Translations under genes and position numbers: made by a program | Assembly (NCBI GenBank): GCA_002733495.1 | Contig: NVVV01000004.1 | Location: 32,806 to 96,805, forward strand | Length of the DNA: 64,000 nt | Reading direction: 5' to 3' | DNA from: Robiginitomaculum sp. | Lineage (GTDB): Bacteria > Pseudomonadota > Alphaproteobacteria > Caulobacterales > Maricaulaceae | Notes under the pieces: generated by a model | What the model was told of the DNA's origin: nothing | The model's database searches: none | Seen by the model: the letters and a program-made list of their open reading frames with translations, nothing else | Shown here: positions 62,934-64,000 of the stretch, piece by piece | Layout: every line of letters starts with the position of its first letter | How positions within the stretch are numbered: the stretch's first letter is position 1

Positions 62934-64000
62934 GCGCCCCGGCCAGCATATTGGCCATGCCGGGCCCCCGGGTGTTTTCCATGCCGTCCGGGGCAAATTT
63001 TCTTCATCAATTGGCCCAGGGCGTTTATGCCGCCAGTGATGCCGGATCGCCCTATGGCCTCAGCGATGCCATGGTATTGGTGCCGACACGCCGGGCAGTG
63101 CGCGCCCTTAGCGATGCTTTCATTGCCGCCCATGGTGGTACGGGGGCAGTGTTATTGCCGCGCATTCGCGCCATTGGCGATGTGGACGTGGACGAACCGC
63201 CGTTTGAGCCGGGGGCGCTGGCACTATTATCGCCCCGCGCTTTATCGTCTGAACGCCGTTTGTTTGATCTTTGCGCACTGGTGCAGGCGCGTCTGCGCGC
63301 CAGTGGCCAAAACGCGGCCTTGGCCGTGGCCTTGGCCGAGGCCGAGGCTTTGGCCCGGCTGATGGATGAGGCCCATACCGAAGAGGTTAAAACCTTTGAT
63401 CTGGCCCTCGATGAATTTAATGAACGCCTCAGTGGCCAGCCCGATCATGTCAAACGCGCCACCCTGTTTCTGGACATTGTTATGCAATATTGGCCAGAAC
63501 ATTTGCGCGCCCTTAGGGGGTCTGACCCGGCGGCCTATCGTTCAGCGGTGCTGCGCGCCCTGGCGCAAAGCTGGCAGGAGACCCCGCCGGACCATATGGT
63601 AATTGCCGCCGGCTCCACTGGCTCGGTGCCGGCAACGGCCAATTTGCTGACGGTAATTTCGCATTTGCCCAAAGGCGTGGTGGTGCTGCCGGGGCTGGAT
63701 GAAAGCCTGTCTGATGAAGACTGGCAAAGCGTAGAGCAAAGCCCGGCGCATCCGCAATATGGCTTGTCGCGCTTACTGGCCCATATGGGGCTTACGCGCG
63801 GCGATGTGCGCCCGTGGCCGGGGACCAGGGAAGCCAAACCAGCCCGCACCCGCCGCCGCTTGATAAACGAGGCCTTATTGCCAGCCCAGGCCACCGCAGA
63901 CTGGGCCGAGCGCCTGTTGCGTCTGGCCAAGGCCGAAACACTGGCCCCGGCAGAACTGGTCCGCACAGGCCTGTCTGGCCTTAGCCTTATTGAGGCACAA
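62930..64000 (+). CDS. addB: double-strand break repair protein AddB (alphaproteobacterial type), N-terminal part; continues beyond the window
   Basis: My translation of frame 2 from ATG 62930 is open to the window end wherever I checked. It reads MSAPASILAMPGPRVFSMPSGANFLHQLAQGV.....SDAMVLVPTRRAVRAL.DAF........LLPRIRAIGD. It has an ATGA overlap with murU. Confidence 0.75.
   Translation, partial: MSAPASILAMPGPRVFSMPSGANFLHQLAQGVYAASDAGSPYGLSDAMVLVPTRRAVRALSDAFIAAHGGTGAVLLPRIRAIGDVDVDEPPFEPGALALLSPRALSSERRLFDLCALVQARLRASGQNAALAVALAEAEALARLMDEAHTEEVKTFDLALDEFNERLSGQPDHVKRATLFLDIVMQYWPEHLRALRGSDPAAYRSAVLRALAQSWQETPPDHMVIAAGSTGSVPATANLLTVISHLPKGVVVLPGLDESLSDEDWQSVEQSPAHPQYGLSRLLAHMGLTRGDVRPWPGTREAKPARTRRRLINEALLPAQATADWAERLLRLAKAETLAPAELVRTGLSGLSLIEAQ

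Overview
This window looks like chromosomal DNA from an alphaproteobacterium. The gene order hemH-hemJ-rho-mnmE-mnmG-rsmG-parA-parB, followed by the convergent block holA-lptE-leuS, is the classic partition-locus neighbourhood of that class. GC is roughly 55-60% from hand counts on sampled lines. I can support about 62 protein-coding genes, two tRNAs (Gly-GCC and Val-GAC) and three pseudogene remnants. I found no rRNA, no CRISPR array and no transposase or integrase.

Most of the window is housekeeping: rho, mnmEG, rsmG, parAB, holA, leuS, ahcY, clpB, ubiD, lepA, pyrD, gpmA, typA, and tsaE-amgK-murU-addB.

The regulatory structure visible directly in the sequence is:
- Two perfect copies of the 16-bp parS centromere consensus flank mnmG, and a third 14/16 copy lies 10.5 kb beyond parB (12.7 kb from the second site).
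- A textbook MerR-type promoter with a 19-bp spacer and an internal dyad.
- Sigma32-type promoters upstream of clpB and hsp20, the latter followed by a ROSE-like thermometer hairpin.
- Several perfect palindromes in divergent promoter regions.

The accessory or unusual content is:
1. An AT-rich islet of about 1.15 kb (34824-35972) carrying a single UDG-fold-like::DUF5655-like fusion gene. This is my best candidate for an undescribed, possibly anti-phage DNA-glycosylase function.
2. A low-GC GIY-YIG nuclease cassette bracketed by direct copies of a hairpin repeat, next to a REP/RIME-like palindrome.
3. A 185-bp MITE-like element with perfect 31-bp terminal inverted repeats, next to a gene remnant.
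4. A merR / OMP-merP-merT-like cluster with no merA in the window.
5. A helically phased iteron-like GGGTAAA array downstream of tRNA-Val.
6. A candidate small RNA with a CCUCCC motif.
7. A LytTR regulator interrupted by an in-frame TAA.
8. A pyridoxal-kinase::DUF429 fusion.

All family assignments come from my reading of the translated ORFs. No database search was run. Start codons are best guesses.
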